The position numbers and the translations under genes are program-made. From Felis catus (Eukaryota), in the NCBI RefSeq assembly GCF_018350175.1, contig NC_058368.1:164302001-164366000 (forward strand): a stretch of 64,000 nucleotides of DNA. Direction: 5' to 3'. Positions 1-11,105 of this stretch are shown piece after piece. The stretch's first letter is position 1. Each line of letters opens with the position of its first letter. Under the pieces are notes generated by a model. It saw only the letters and a list, made by a program, of their open reading frames with translations, was not told the origin of the DNA and did no database searches.

Positions 1-2161
1 AAACATCCTTTTCCCCTAGAAAAGATGATTCAGGAACCCTACTGGGGAGAGCACACTCACAATTCAAGATACAAAATGGACTTCGTGCAGTCACAGAGAC
101 AATGAGGAACTGAATCAACTGCAGGCAAATCATTTCAATTCATTACAAAATGAAAGTTAGGCCTGGACTATTTCATTTTGGATTGCTTTTTGCAATCTCA
201 TAATCTCTTTAATGGAAGTGATTTGTTAATAAAACAGTGGTAATGAAACAGAAGTATCTGTTTACAGCACTCCCCTTATATTTCTTGTGCTTATGCCTGC
301 TTTCATTATTCATAGAGAACAGTACACAATTTGGTCTGGTATATATCAGTAATAGAAAACCACTTACAGGAGGAAAGGAAAGGACATCATCAATAGAGTA
401 TAATCTTGGTTTCTGGAATCATTATTGCCCTCTTTGGAGTGCTTTTTCAACCTCAAAGGCAATAGATCTTGAAGCCAGCTAAAAGCTATAATAAAAACAT
501 ATTTTAACTTTAGTCCTTTAAACAATATCTCTTTGATCTAAATGGGCTCTCTGCTTCAGCAATTACCACTTAAGTTTTTCTCATTTCTAGACTTGGGAAC
601 CTACATTCTAGTCTTATCCAATAGTAAAATTAGAGAAACAAAATTCTCTTTCAAAGATGTATGAATTATTTTTCTTTGTATGTCCATGGAAGTTTATTTT
701 CTCTTATGTTTCACCATACTTACTGATAACACATTAGGGTTGTTCATAATATGCATAAAATATCGATGATTCTTGATGAAAACATAAAGAAAATAATCAT
801 ACACCCCAAATAATAACAATAAAAAATTCAATTCATTGAAAAAATTAATACAATTTTTGATTACCTATGAAAAAATGACCAGTTATATTTCATTGGGGAA
901 AAAATCCTAACTTATTATTTAGCTAATTTAATAAATGAATTTAAAATAGAATATTTTAAAAAGGTATTCATTATTTAAAATACGATTTGGATTTGATAAA
1001 TTTTCTCAATATGTATAGTAATACAGAATATGAGGAGAAAGAATGTCTGAAATGCAATTCTTCAAGTGTATTGTAAGCAAGAATCCCTTTATAACACAAT
1101 TCATGTTGCCATATCCTTTTGTGTACTGTAGAAAAGTTTGAATTCTCTTAAAATTAGTGGACAGTATTGGTAGAGGGGTAGTAAAAACTTTATCCAGGAT
1201 ATCAAGATAAGTTATATTAATTAAAACTGGGATGGAGAAAAGACTTCTGATTTAAAGTGTTAAGATTGATAGATTTTTTTTGAAATGGCATTTCTGAACT
1301 AAAAATCACATGGGAATTTTAAATTCCAGCATGATTCCGAAATAAAGGATTTTCCGTGTGGTAGAGGTCCAACCTTGACAGCCCGTATATAATGTTGCCT
1401 ATTGGCTATGATGTGATTCCCAACTCCACTACATAACTGCTGACATATAACCCTTTCAGGCAGTTTCCCCATATCTAAACTAGGAATAATGATTAATTCC
1501 TACCATAGATTTTCATGGTTAAATTAGATAATTTATCAGAGCACAAAATCTGAAATAAACATTTGTTTAACATTAGCTTATCAATAGTAGATTTCAAAGA
1601 GGTGTGAACACACCATTTATAATGGTGTTTGGGATACTTAAATCATTCAGTTCATAAGTATTGCAGTTTATATAATTTTCAGTCTCCAGAACTTAAAATG
1701 TCATAGGCATGCATACAGAACTATCCCACTAGAATATCTGTGGGAAAAGAGGGGGCACTTGTCTATGGAAGAATAGTTGAACGTTCTTAGGAATCTTCTG
1801 CAGAATCTGCCAAATGCAAGTTAAGTGGCTTAAACCCTTCAAGTCATTTCCTATTGCCAAGAGCTCATAGCAAGATCAACAACATACTTTATAGGGCTCA
1901 ATGTAAAATGAAAATGTAGGACCCTTTTCAAAAGGCAGGAAACAATTGCTAGTAAATGTACTAAAATATGAAATACAAAATTCCTTTCTTCTGCAGTCTT
2001 TCTGCCTCTTTCTCAACCTAAGATATAGATGTAGATATAGATACATAGTTTCAGTTTACTATTTACTTGCATGCTCTTTGGACAGGGGGATACGTGGGGG
2101 ACTATTGCAGACATACCCAGGCACCTGGGAGTCCTGTCCCATGATTAAGGGCCTTGCCTGG

Positions 2162-2829
2162 TGTGGGAAATAGGTTCTACTTACATAAAAGAATTTAAAA
2201 AAAGCTTGGGGGGGGGGGGATGCTGCCACCACGGGGCAAAAGTGCCCAAGGTTAGTGAGTGAGATATTATAATGGGATCACGAGTAACTTGTTATATCAC
2301 CTGCAGGAAATTACTTTCCACCTGGCGCCAATGTACTTTGATCACAAACTCCACTTGCCTCCCAGACCCTTTGCTTACACTCACAAGTTAATCATTACTA
2401 TCTGATTGTTTTCTTCAAATTCACCACGTGTATAAGATCTTGTTTTCAACGTTTATTTATTTTTGGGACAAAGAGAGACAGAGCATGAACGGGGGAGGGG
2501 CAGAGAGAGAGGGAGACACAGAATCGGAAACAGGCTCCAGGCTCTGAGCTGTCAGCACAGAGCCCGACGCGGGGCTCGAACTCCCAGACCGCGAGATCGT
2601 GACCTGGCTGAAGTCGGATGCTTAACCAACTACGCCACCCAGGCGCCCCAAGATCTTGTTTTCTTCACGTTCACCACAAGGGTAATATCTTGTGCACTCA
2701 ATAAATAGGGAGATGAAAGTCCTTGTTCGGGGCTCTTGTCTCCTCCTGGACATTAGCCTCTCTCATATTCAGTTCTGTGCCTGTTCTCTTGCTGGACAAG
2801 AGAGAACTGCAGACTCATAGTCTGTGACA
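2162..2829 (+). mobile_element. Solo endogenous retrovirus LTR (class II/ERVK-like by TSD length)
   Basis: Begins TGTGGG and ends TGTGACA (TGT...ACA). Perfect 6-bp flanking repeat gcctgg at 2156-2161 and 2830-2835. AATAAATA at 2700-2707. About 450 bp without the nested SINE. Confidence 0.7.
2448..2649 (-). mobile_element. Felid CanSINE (SINEC_Fc), young, essentially no A tail
   Basis: Reverse complement of ggggcgcctgggtggcg... head. 14-bp TSD aagatcttgttttc at 2434-2447 and 2650-2663. Confidence 0.97.
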
Positions 2830-3005
2830 GCCTGGTTCACCAGTTTCTGGGTCCCCACCTCCTACCAGGCTCCAGACCAACACATTGAATCTCATAGAGC
2901 AGGGAAGTCATGCCACAATCACAAAGGGCACTGAGACCTCTGCCCCTGGAGGCATTAGCTACCTTGCTCAGGGTGAGTGAGAGACTCCTATGAAAAATTC
3001 CAAGC

Positions 3006-3225
3006 GGGGCGCCTGGGTGGCGCAGTCGGTTAAGCGTCTGACTTCAGCCAGGTCACGATCTCGAGGTCCGTGAGTTCGAGCCCCACGTCGGGCTCTGGGC
3101 TGATGGCTCAGAGCCTGGAACCTGTTTCTGATTCTGTGTCTCCCTCTCTCTCTGCCCCTCCCCCGTTCATGCTCTGTCTCTCTCTGTCCCAAAAATAAAT
3201 AAATAAATGTTGAAAAAAAAAAAAG
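3006..3225 (+). mobile_element. Felid CanSINE (SINEC_Fc)
   Basis: ggggcgcctgggtggcgcagtcggttaagcg head, (CT)-rich body, aataaa and A tail. Imperfect TSD gaaaaattccaag / gaaaagttccaag. Confidence 0.97.
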
Positions 3226-4620
3226 AAAAGTTCCAAGGTTTTGGTGTCTGGGGAGGAATGATCACCACCAAGTCCCATCATGACGAAGGCACCTGACTTC
3301 CATCCTCTGGATGCTCATGACCAGGATCTAGGTGGTGACAAAGGGCAGGTGCTATCATTGGGCAGGCAGGGAGAGGGAGTGGCCAAGAATCGGTCCAGCA
3401 GAGGTAAAGGGAGATAGGACTTCAAATGAATAGACATTCTAAGTCTTTGAGCTATGCTCACTTGCAAAGCACAAATGCAAAGATACAGTTATTAAGAATT
3501 TCAAGTCAGTGACCCAATTCACATTAAACCCCAAGTGCTGGGCCTTTACTGTGCATAGAGCCCTCTATCACTGCTCTGGTTGCAAGCCGGTGAAGACTGC
3601 ACTGTCCCAAAGGGCAACAATCAGTGAAGTTTGTACTGCTGGGCACCTGAGAAGGCAAATCTGATTATTTTCAGTGTTTAGGATGTGCTTCCCTGGAGCA
3701 TTAAGAAGAATTGGGATGATAGTTTTTCATTTCAGTTTGAAAAATACCTGTTTTTTCCCCCAAAGTTCTATTTATGAAGAAAACTCAAGCAATATCCTCT
3801 GCATGAGGATTCTTTGGAGTAAAGTCTCTTTGGAGGTATATGCCAACCTGGTCATTATTTGGCTTCCCAGCCAGTCTAATACCACTCTTTGGAATTGACC
3901 GATAGGGAGGTTTGCGTTTATTACCCACCTGATTTTCCTGACTGCCATTCCCACTACACTCATTGACTAATGTGACTAAATCCTTTTCCTCCTGTTTCGG
4001 TAGATAGCCTATTAGGGTTCTGTGTGTGAATTAACTAAATAAGTCCCTCCCCAGAATTCAAAGACAAAGTCAGTTGAAATGGAAACAATTAGAAATACAC
4101 ATAAAATATGTGAAATTAGGTAGAAAGACTTCATGGGCACTGTTTCTATTACTTTTCTCTTTAGAGAAATCTGTTCATTGTCTCACCCCTCACACACTTC
4201 ATACTGAGGGTGAGGATGGAAAAGCATCTTCCACTCATGATCAAAAGGCCTACTCTTGAAAGCTCAAGACATTGTTTTCTTACATACCACCCACTCTTAC
4301 CCAACCATTTCCATATGTTCTTTTGAGAATTTGACAACCAAATTTAACAAATTTTGAGAATTTGACAATGTGACACCTAAGGGGCCACACAGTAGAGCAG
4401 TCATACCTGAAAGCTTTTTCAGTTGTGAAATCTGGGAATCCGTTGCTCCGCTTTTGCATAGTTTTCTGTTTCTTTGGATTTCTCACAAGCTTGCTCTCAC
4501 TACATTTGCTGTTCCACACCCTTAAAATTCTCAGTCCTTGGCTTTGTTTTTTTGGATGCCACTAATCCTTCCTGTGTCCCCTTTCTTCCCTTTACCCCCT
4601 CAACGCCTTGGCCCCTCCCC

Positions 4621-4814
4621 TTTATTTTTGGGACAGAGAGAGACAGAGCATGAACGGGGGAGGGGCAGAGAGAGAGGGAGACACAGAATCGGAAACAGGC
4701 TCCAGGCTCCGAGCCATCAGCCCAGAGCCTGATGCGGGGCTCGAACTCACAGACCGCGAGATCGTGACCTGGCTGAAGTTGGACGCCCAACCGACTGCGC
4801 CACCCAGGCGCCCC
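4621..4814 (-). mobile_element. Felid CanSINE (SINEC_Fc) with garbled tail
   Basis: Near-consensus body ending ...cacccaggcgcccc. Tail side is C-rich and no clean TSD is present. Confidence 0.95.
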
Positions 4815-5529
4815 AGCCACCTACTTTCTTACTTCAAAGAAGAGCTAGAAGCTATTTGTCAAAATTCCATGTACTTATTTCTCCTTCCTTTTCAAACTCC
4901 TAAGTTACATATGTCTCTACAAGCCATTTGTCTCTCCATTCAAACTCTGGCTTGAAGACTCTGGTCTCTCTTTGGGTATTGTGCTCCATTAATCATTCTT
5001 TCTATTTTTATCTTTAACAATATTTTATCATTTGGCTCTTTTCTTCTAACAAATAAACAATTGCTAATTTCCCCCACCCTGTAAACAGGGAAAACAAAAA
5101 CTTCATTTCTCACACCATTATACTCTCTACCATCCTTTCTGTCTCTAGTTTACAGTAGAAATTTTTGAAAGAATGTTCTATATTGGCTATCACAATGCTT
5201 ATATCCCACTTATAAGCAAACATTCACTTTTACTTTATTTCCAAACATACTGTAACTGGGGACTCCAAAGATATCTTAAGGACAATTTCTTGTTGGACTC
5301 AACTTATCTGAGGTATTTGGGATCACTGATTACCCCTGTCTTCTTGATTCTACCTTAAACTTGTGCTATTCACCCTTGATCAATTTTCTTTTATTGTTCT
5401 ATGCTCCATGACCACTAATGCTTTGTCTCTTTCATAGGCTTCTCATCGTTTTTTTCTGTTTCTATATGGGAGAATTCAGGATATCAACTTTATCCCCCTT
5501 GTCTTCCTTCAATTTAAACTTATGAGTTT

Positions 5530-6830
5530 TGGGCTCCTGCCTCTAAGATTGAGTAACAGGGATAGAGTTTACCTGTTGCCTAAACAGATAGAGCTTAGTT
5601 GCCTAAACAACTAAAAATATGGATGAAAGTTGATGAAACAATGCTTTTTATAAACATTGGACATCAGGCAGAGAAAGACAGTGAACCATGAAGGACAGGA
5701 AGCAAATGAAACGGGCACAGATTACCACATTTTACTGACTTCAGGAGTTTTCAGGTCATAGTTCACTAAAGGGGTACCCGGAGAGTCCAACAGACTCACT
5801 GAGTTGAAGAAGTAGAGCTGAGAATCTGAGGACACCAAGACAACTCAAGTTCACATGTCAATACCGGAGAGGAGGTGCATAGATGGACAGCAGAGGAAAT
5901 TTTCAGAGGGTCCTCACTGAGTCTTTATCAGAGTAATAATGATTGGCAGATGTTTTTGAGGAAACTCCTTAAGGCCAGGAGAAGAATTACCTTGAAAGAT
6001 TTGAAGAAACAGTAACTAGAGCTCATACAGGGCTGGAAAGAATATCTGCTCTTCAGCTAGACTGGACAGCTTCATAACAGAGGTGTGACACTGAGGAGAG
6101 TACTCCTAAAGGTCTTGTCTCAGTAGTGAGGAATTATGATCCCAAGTGTAAATGCTGCTCTGATCCCACTTAACAAGCCTTACGAGGAAGACCTGGGAGG
6201 ATTTAACCATTTACAATGCGTTAACTGTTAACAAAGCTTGACAGTAATTACAGGAATACTACTCAAAAAAGTAAAATTCACAATGTGTGGCATATTAAAA
6301 AAAAACGATGAGGCGTGTGAAGAAGCAGAAGAATGTGACCTGTAAAGAGGGGGGAAAACATTAAATTAAAACCAATCCAGAACTGACACAGAGGTTAGAG
6401 TTAAGAAACAGGACACTACAATACTTATTCTAATTGTATCCCATATCTTGTGAAAGAAGAGAGGTTGATCATGTTGAATAGAGAAATGGAAAACATAATC
6501 AGGACTCAAAAAGGACTTTTAGAAATAAAAACAATGTCTGAGAAAGAAAATTACTGGAATGGATTAATGGGATACTACATATTACAAAGGATAATATAAT
6601 AAATTTGAAGCTATAGGAATTGTCCAAAAAAATGGAAAAAAAAGAATAGAAGATAAAGAATACATAGACCTATGGGACAGCTTCAAGTAGTCTAGTATAT
6701 GTGTAATTGAAATTCCTAAGAGAGAGTGGGAAACAGAACATTTATTTGTAGAAATTGTCACCAAAAATGTTCCTAATATGAAAATAATTAACTCACAGAT
6801 CCTAGTTGCTAAGTAAACCCTAAACATATA
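5530..6830 (+). mobile_element. Ancient eutherian L1 5' region (5'UTR plus ORF1 remnant, L1MC/MD/ME-age)
   Basis: Motifs 'acattggacatcaggca', 'ggtcttgtctcagtagtg' and 'gtaaaattcacaatgtgtggcat', followed by A-rich ORF1-like sequence. No open frame. Confidence 0.7.
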
Positions 6831-7077
6831 CATGTGAATTTCAACTTCTGCATATTTGTGGATGACTGTCAACTAGGCAAGATGCTTCTTTTAGATCAGT
6901 TCCTTTTTTATGTAATGGACAGACTATTAAATATCTTTATCTGGATGTCCTTTATATACTTTAAAGACAAGATGGCTAATTATTTACCTATTTGTTTGTC
7001 AACCAACATTTATTGAGATGCTGTTATGTTCCAGACGCCGCAACACGATCAGAATTACATAATTGAAGAGTAGTTCC

Positions 7078-7313
7078 GGGGCGCCTGGGTGGCGCAGTCG
7101 GTTAAGTGTCCGACTTCAGCCAGGTCACGATCTCGCGGTCAGTGAGTTCGAGCCCCGCGTCAGGCTCTGGGCTGATGGCTCGGAGCCTGGAGCCTGTTTC
7201 CGATTCTGTGTCTCCCTCTCTGCCCCCTCCGCCATTCATGCTTTGTCTCTCTCTGTCCCAAAAATAAATAAAAACGAAGAAAAAAAAATTAAAAAAAAAA
7301 AAGAAAGAAAGAA
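7078..7313 (+). mobile_element. Felid CanSINE (SINEC_Fc)
   Basis: Consensus head and long A-rich tail. TSD aagagtagttcc at 7066-7077 and 7314-7325. Confidence 0.97.
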
Positions 7314-7489
7314 AAGAGTAGTTCCTGACCTCTGGGAGTCGACACAAGACAGCTGAAATATTTAAGATGCAACGTGTTAAATTCCATAATGGTGATGACT
7401 GAAAGATAAAAAGTACCATAGATGAGGCCATGACTGAATCAGAATGGGAGAATCAGCCAAATGACATTATTACTTCAATTGAATGCTGA

Positions 7490-8060
7490 AAGCTGCGCAT
7501 TGATTATTTTATTCAGAAGGTCCTTTGCAAGAGGTCAGCGGTGGGACTTTGCGAGTACCGCCTCTTCAGACCCCGGCGGCATCAGCCAGCAGGCGGCGCG
7601 TTTCCCCGCCCGGAAATCCGTCTGCTCCCGCGGAGGCCCAGCTGCCGCAGGCTGCGACTCCTCTCCCGGTGTGTGCACAGGGTGCCCGGCCCCTGGGGTT
7701 TAGGGGAGAAAGGCGAAGGCTGCTTGGGGGCACTCCGAGGGAAGGGGACCTGGGGAAAAAAAAACAAAAAACAAAAAACAAGAAGCCAAGAACCTCGCCA
7801 AAGGACGGCCCGGGGAAATACGGGGAGGGGGTTGAGGAGACGCGGGTAGGTGGATACGAGCTTCTGAAGGACGGCTTTTAGAGACGGTGGTCTTGGCCTG
7901 AGATTTCTTAGGCACTTCTTAGCCCAGGGGGTCCTGAGAGTATGGAAGTGAGGAAAGGAGTCTTGTGTCTGGAGAGACGCGGCCAGTGGCTGGGAAGATT
8001 CCGGAGTCCGAGGGTTGTGGGGGCGGGGTGGGGGTGGGGGTCGGGAGAAGAAATGCGTTA
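7490..8060. promoter_or_regulatory. CpG-island-like segment, candidate promoter
   Basis: Only non-repeat GC- and CpG-rich stretch in the window. CTCF-like CCAGCAGGCGGCGC (7586-7599), GC box ccccgccc (7604-7611), ETS-like ccggaaat (7610-7617), second GC box and G-tracts at 8012-8045. Confidence 0.65.
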
Positions 8061-8564
8061 AAAGAAAAAAAAAAAGTTATGTGTTACTTACTGGAAGTGA
8101 ATTCGTTAAAATAGGAGACAGAAGTCAGATTACAGTAGGATGACTAGAGAATAGGTATAATTGGGAACAGGAAATACAAATTACTTTTTCTCAGTGCGTG
8201 GCCAAGTTCGGGATAGGATGGTTACGAGGTTAGAAATGGGACAATCACCAGATCAGAAAGTAGGGGTGACACTTAAGGGGAGGGCCTTAATTTTGCCTAA
8301 ACATCATGGGGCGGAAAGTGGTAGTGATCCCCTGTATCTGAATTCTCTTCTTCCTTGCAACACCATTGCCCTACTTTTCCCCTACCGTTATCCTTGTGGG
8401 GCCACATGACTGATCAGCGAAATTTGGGCAGGAATTATGCACACGCGAGCTCTAAAATCTCTTAGGGAATATTCTGTATTTTTATTTTTTAAAGATTAAA
8501 TGAATTGGTGAAATAGTGGAGCACAGGATGGAAAAAGCCTGGTGTCTTAACCACTGTGGAAGCT

Positions 8565-9220
8565 CATCTACTGACACGGTACTGTGACGTGACTGTCTTC
8601 AAATTTAATTTCTGTTTCTTTAAGCATGTGGATATTTGCTTTGCAATATTTCAGGTTGCGGCAGTTTTCACAACCAGAGCTTCTGAACTCTTTGAAGGAT
8701 TTTAATAAGTCCTTCACATGTTTTATTGGGATGTCCAAGGATATTCTTTTATTTGCTTGTGATTTATTTCCTATGGTTCCCACAGTCCCCAGAGTTAACA
8801 TTTGTGCAGTTGGGTGCAGAGACAAGCCAGCTCCATGCACTGCCCCCACCAGGAGTCACCCCTTTCCTTCCCCTTCCTCCTCTGCTACCCCCTGCTGTTG
8901 TGTCTGCAGCTCCTGCTGTGGATCTGCACCCAGGTCCTTGCCAGCCTTTTCTCCCAGAGCCCCAAGAGTCCTGGAGTGCCCTAGGCAGGTGCGTGCTGCT
9001 TGGATGACCTCACCTGTGCTAGTTGCTGCCACGTGTATCTTCTTTGCTCATAGACACTCTCCACTGTTACCTAGGGTGTCACTTAGAAACTTAGATCCTA
9101 GGATAAAATTATTTAAGAATGTCGAGAAGGCCAACAGAAAAGCATTAAACCAAATGTGGGATCCCTTTTGAGAATGGAACCTTATACAATTGAGCATCTT
9201 GCCCAGGATGAAGCCACTAT
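8565..9220 (-). mobile_element. hAT-Tip100 (Zaphod/MER45R-like) DNA transposon fragment with transposase remnant
   Basis: Minus-strand peptide ..ISLDIPIKHVKDLLKSFKEFRSSGCENC..EIKFED resembles Tip100-type transposase. Right end 'agcattaaaccaaatgtggg...atgaagcc' is MER45-like. Confidence 0.6.
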
Positions 9221-11105
9221 AATTCCACAGGTGGTTCAGGTGTAGGTATTCTGATCCAGAGGTTTATAATGTCGGGATTTCCTTCTATTTTTCTGCAATT
9301 TTCCCTGACTCTTCACTCTGAGTTAGTTCCTTTATTAGTTCTATCCTTTGACTAGCTTCCTCCTTGGAAGAAAAATGGGTAGAGAAGATCCAGGTTACTT
9401 ATGCATATATTATGTACTCCTAAGCCAAAGTATGTTTGTTCCAGATTTATCATTACATGTCTTGAGATTTTCACCAGTTAATTAGGCATGGGTTACATGG
9501 TGTGCACTTAGGGAATAGGCTACCTCATTGGCTTAGTGTAGCTTCTGTGCTTCACCACTGTAGAGAGGTTTCCCAAAACCAATGGCTCCCAGCACGGAAA
9601 TTGAAGATTGTTGGGAAGCAGGAATTCATACTATGGAAGAAATCAGAAAAGTCTACCACAAAGGATTTCTTGAGGTAATGACCACTGACTGACAGATTAG
9701 AATACTTTATCCTGGGAGAGGGTGTGTAAATATGTTTCTTGTTTCCAAAGCCTTAACTGAAATTGTAACTAGTATCATATAAGCTACTCTCTAGGTAAAA
9801 ATAAAACGGCAACTGTTAAAAGATGTGATTAGAAAAATTTGTCTACTTAGGGATATTGAAAAGAAGCACTGTACAAAGAATGTTCAGTGTTTTTCCAGTA
9901 CCGCTGGAGAAAGAGGTCTCAAGATTTCACATGACCAGTGCTAGTTATATTCTATATTTATGTATCTCTGAAGATATGAAGAATAAAATACTAGCCTGAT
10001 GTGCATATCCTTGAAGCATTGGCAAAATTTCCTATAATTTTTCTGTGATTAACAGATTCTTACATAATTTTGTTTGCATACTGAAGTTACACACCAGGAG
10101 GAAGTGGTGTGTACAAATGAATAGTAACTAATAATAAGTTATAAATCTAGCTTAGAATTTAGAATAAATTTTTTAAAAGAGTTCTTAGGTGTCACATCTC
10201 TCAGGAAACAATATTGTTGAGGAATTGAAAAACCAAAGAAAAGAACAAAATTAAAACAAATATACAAAAGGATCTTGATGATGTTATCAACTTATATAGC
10301 TGAGGATCTGACCCTTGGTAACTTCATATATTTGTCCATTAATTAATTAGCTAATTAATTAATATCACACATTTACTGGACACTCTAATGTTCTCAAATT
10401 TGTGCTGAGATGCAAAGATAAACATAATCTGATTTGCTCATCATCCCCAAATGTCTTTTCTCATGATCTTAACAAAACCTAGCCATTGTCCCTCATTCCT
10501 GTTTCACCACCAAATTGCGAAAATGCCGATATATAAGTATAGCTATGATTAGCTTGATTTCTTCTGGAGAGTGGTAATGAAATACATAATTTTACAAAAT
10601 GTTACTATGATATTTCTCTATCTAGAAATTTACTTTAAATGGGAAAAACACATGGAATGGAGAAAAATTTAATGTATGTGCTTTGATTATTAAAGAATGC
10701 AATATATAATTTGATTAATTTCAAAGGCATTTTTTACTGTGATAGCTACTGAATTTCACATTTGGGGGCTTTGTTATTATAGAATAGATTAATAGATTAT
10801 AATTCTCCTCAAATTTTTGGTTTGAGCTTTCAATTAGTAGGACAAGCAATTACTACTGTTGAATCTGGCAGCTAGCCACTATTTTTAATTGAAATGGTAT
10901 TTTGCAAAATAAAGAGCATGAAGTTATCAAGGAAGTGGTGTTGATGTGTTAACAGGAGTGAGTTATAAGGAATGGCAACTATATATTTTTAACGTGCTAA
11001 AATTTTTCCAAATTAAAAGTTGGTAAAATCGTTATGAATGTTGCAGTAAATTCATTTATTTTTTGGAGAAACTTGAATAATATGAGGCACTTGCAAAGAT
11101 GCTTT

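Larger units (their letters stand above)
1871..3604 (-). mobile_element. MER45-family (hAT-Tip100) non-autonomous DNA transposon, interrupted by a solo LTR and two SINEs
   Basis: Left end 'gggctcaatgtaaaatgaaaatgtaggacccttttcaaaa' and right end 'ttattaagaatttcaag...cattaaacc...tgaagactgcactg' resemble the two termini of the reverse-complemented MER45 consensus as I recall it. About 0.8 kb remains after removing the inserts. Confidence 0.7.

Noticed and set aside
3006..3085. tRNA-like A/B boxes
   Set aside because: These are the tRNA-derived heads of CanSINEs, not tRNA genes.
2463..4955. Recurring ORFs with 'GQRETEHERGRGRERGRHR' or 'WDRERQSMNGGGAEREGDTES' (also at 7102 and 46547)
   Set aside because: Translations of CanSINE copies, not a gene family.
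5561..5609. Short tandem duplication gatagag...gttgcctaaaca
   Set aside because: Ordinary slippage duplication inside an old L1 fragment.
7461..7915. Six overlapping ORFs across the GC-rich island
   Set aside because: Expected from stop-codon scarcity in GC-rich DNA. Most lack a true ATG start and none resembles a known protein.
8626..9171. 181-aa plus-strand ORF
   Set aside because: Antisense to a transposase relic and runs through low-complexity C-rich sequence; no domain recognised.
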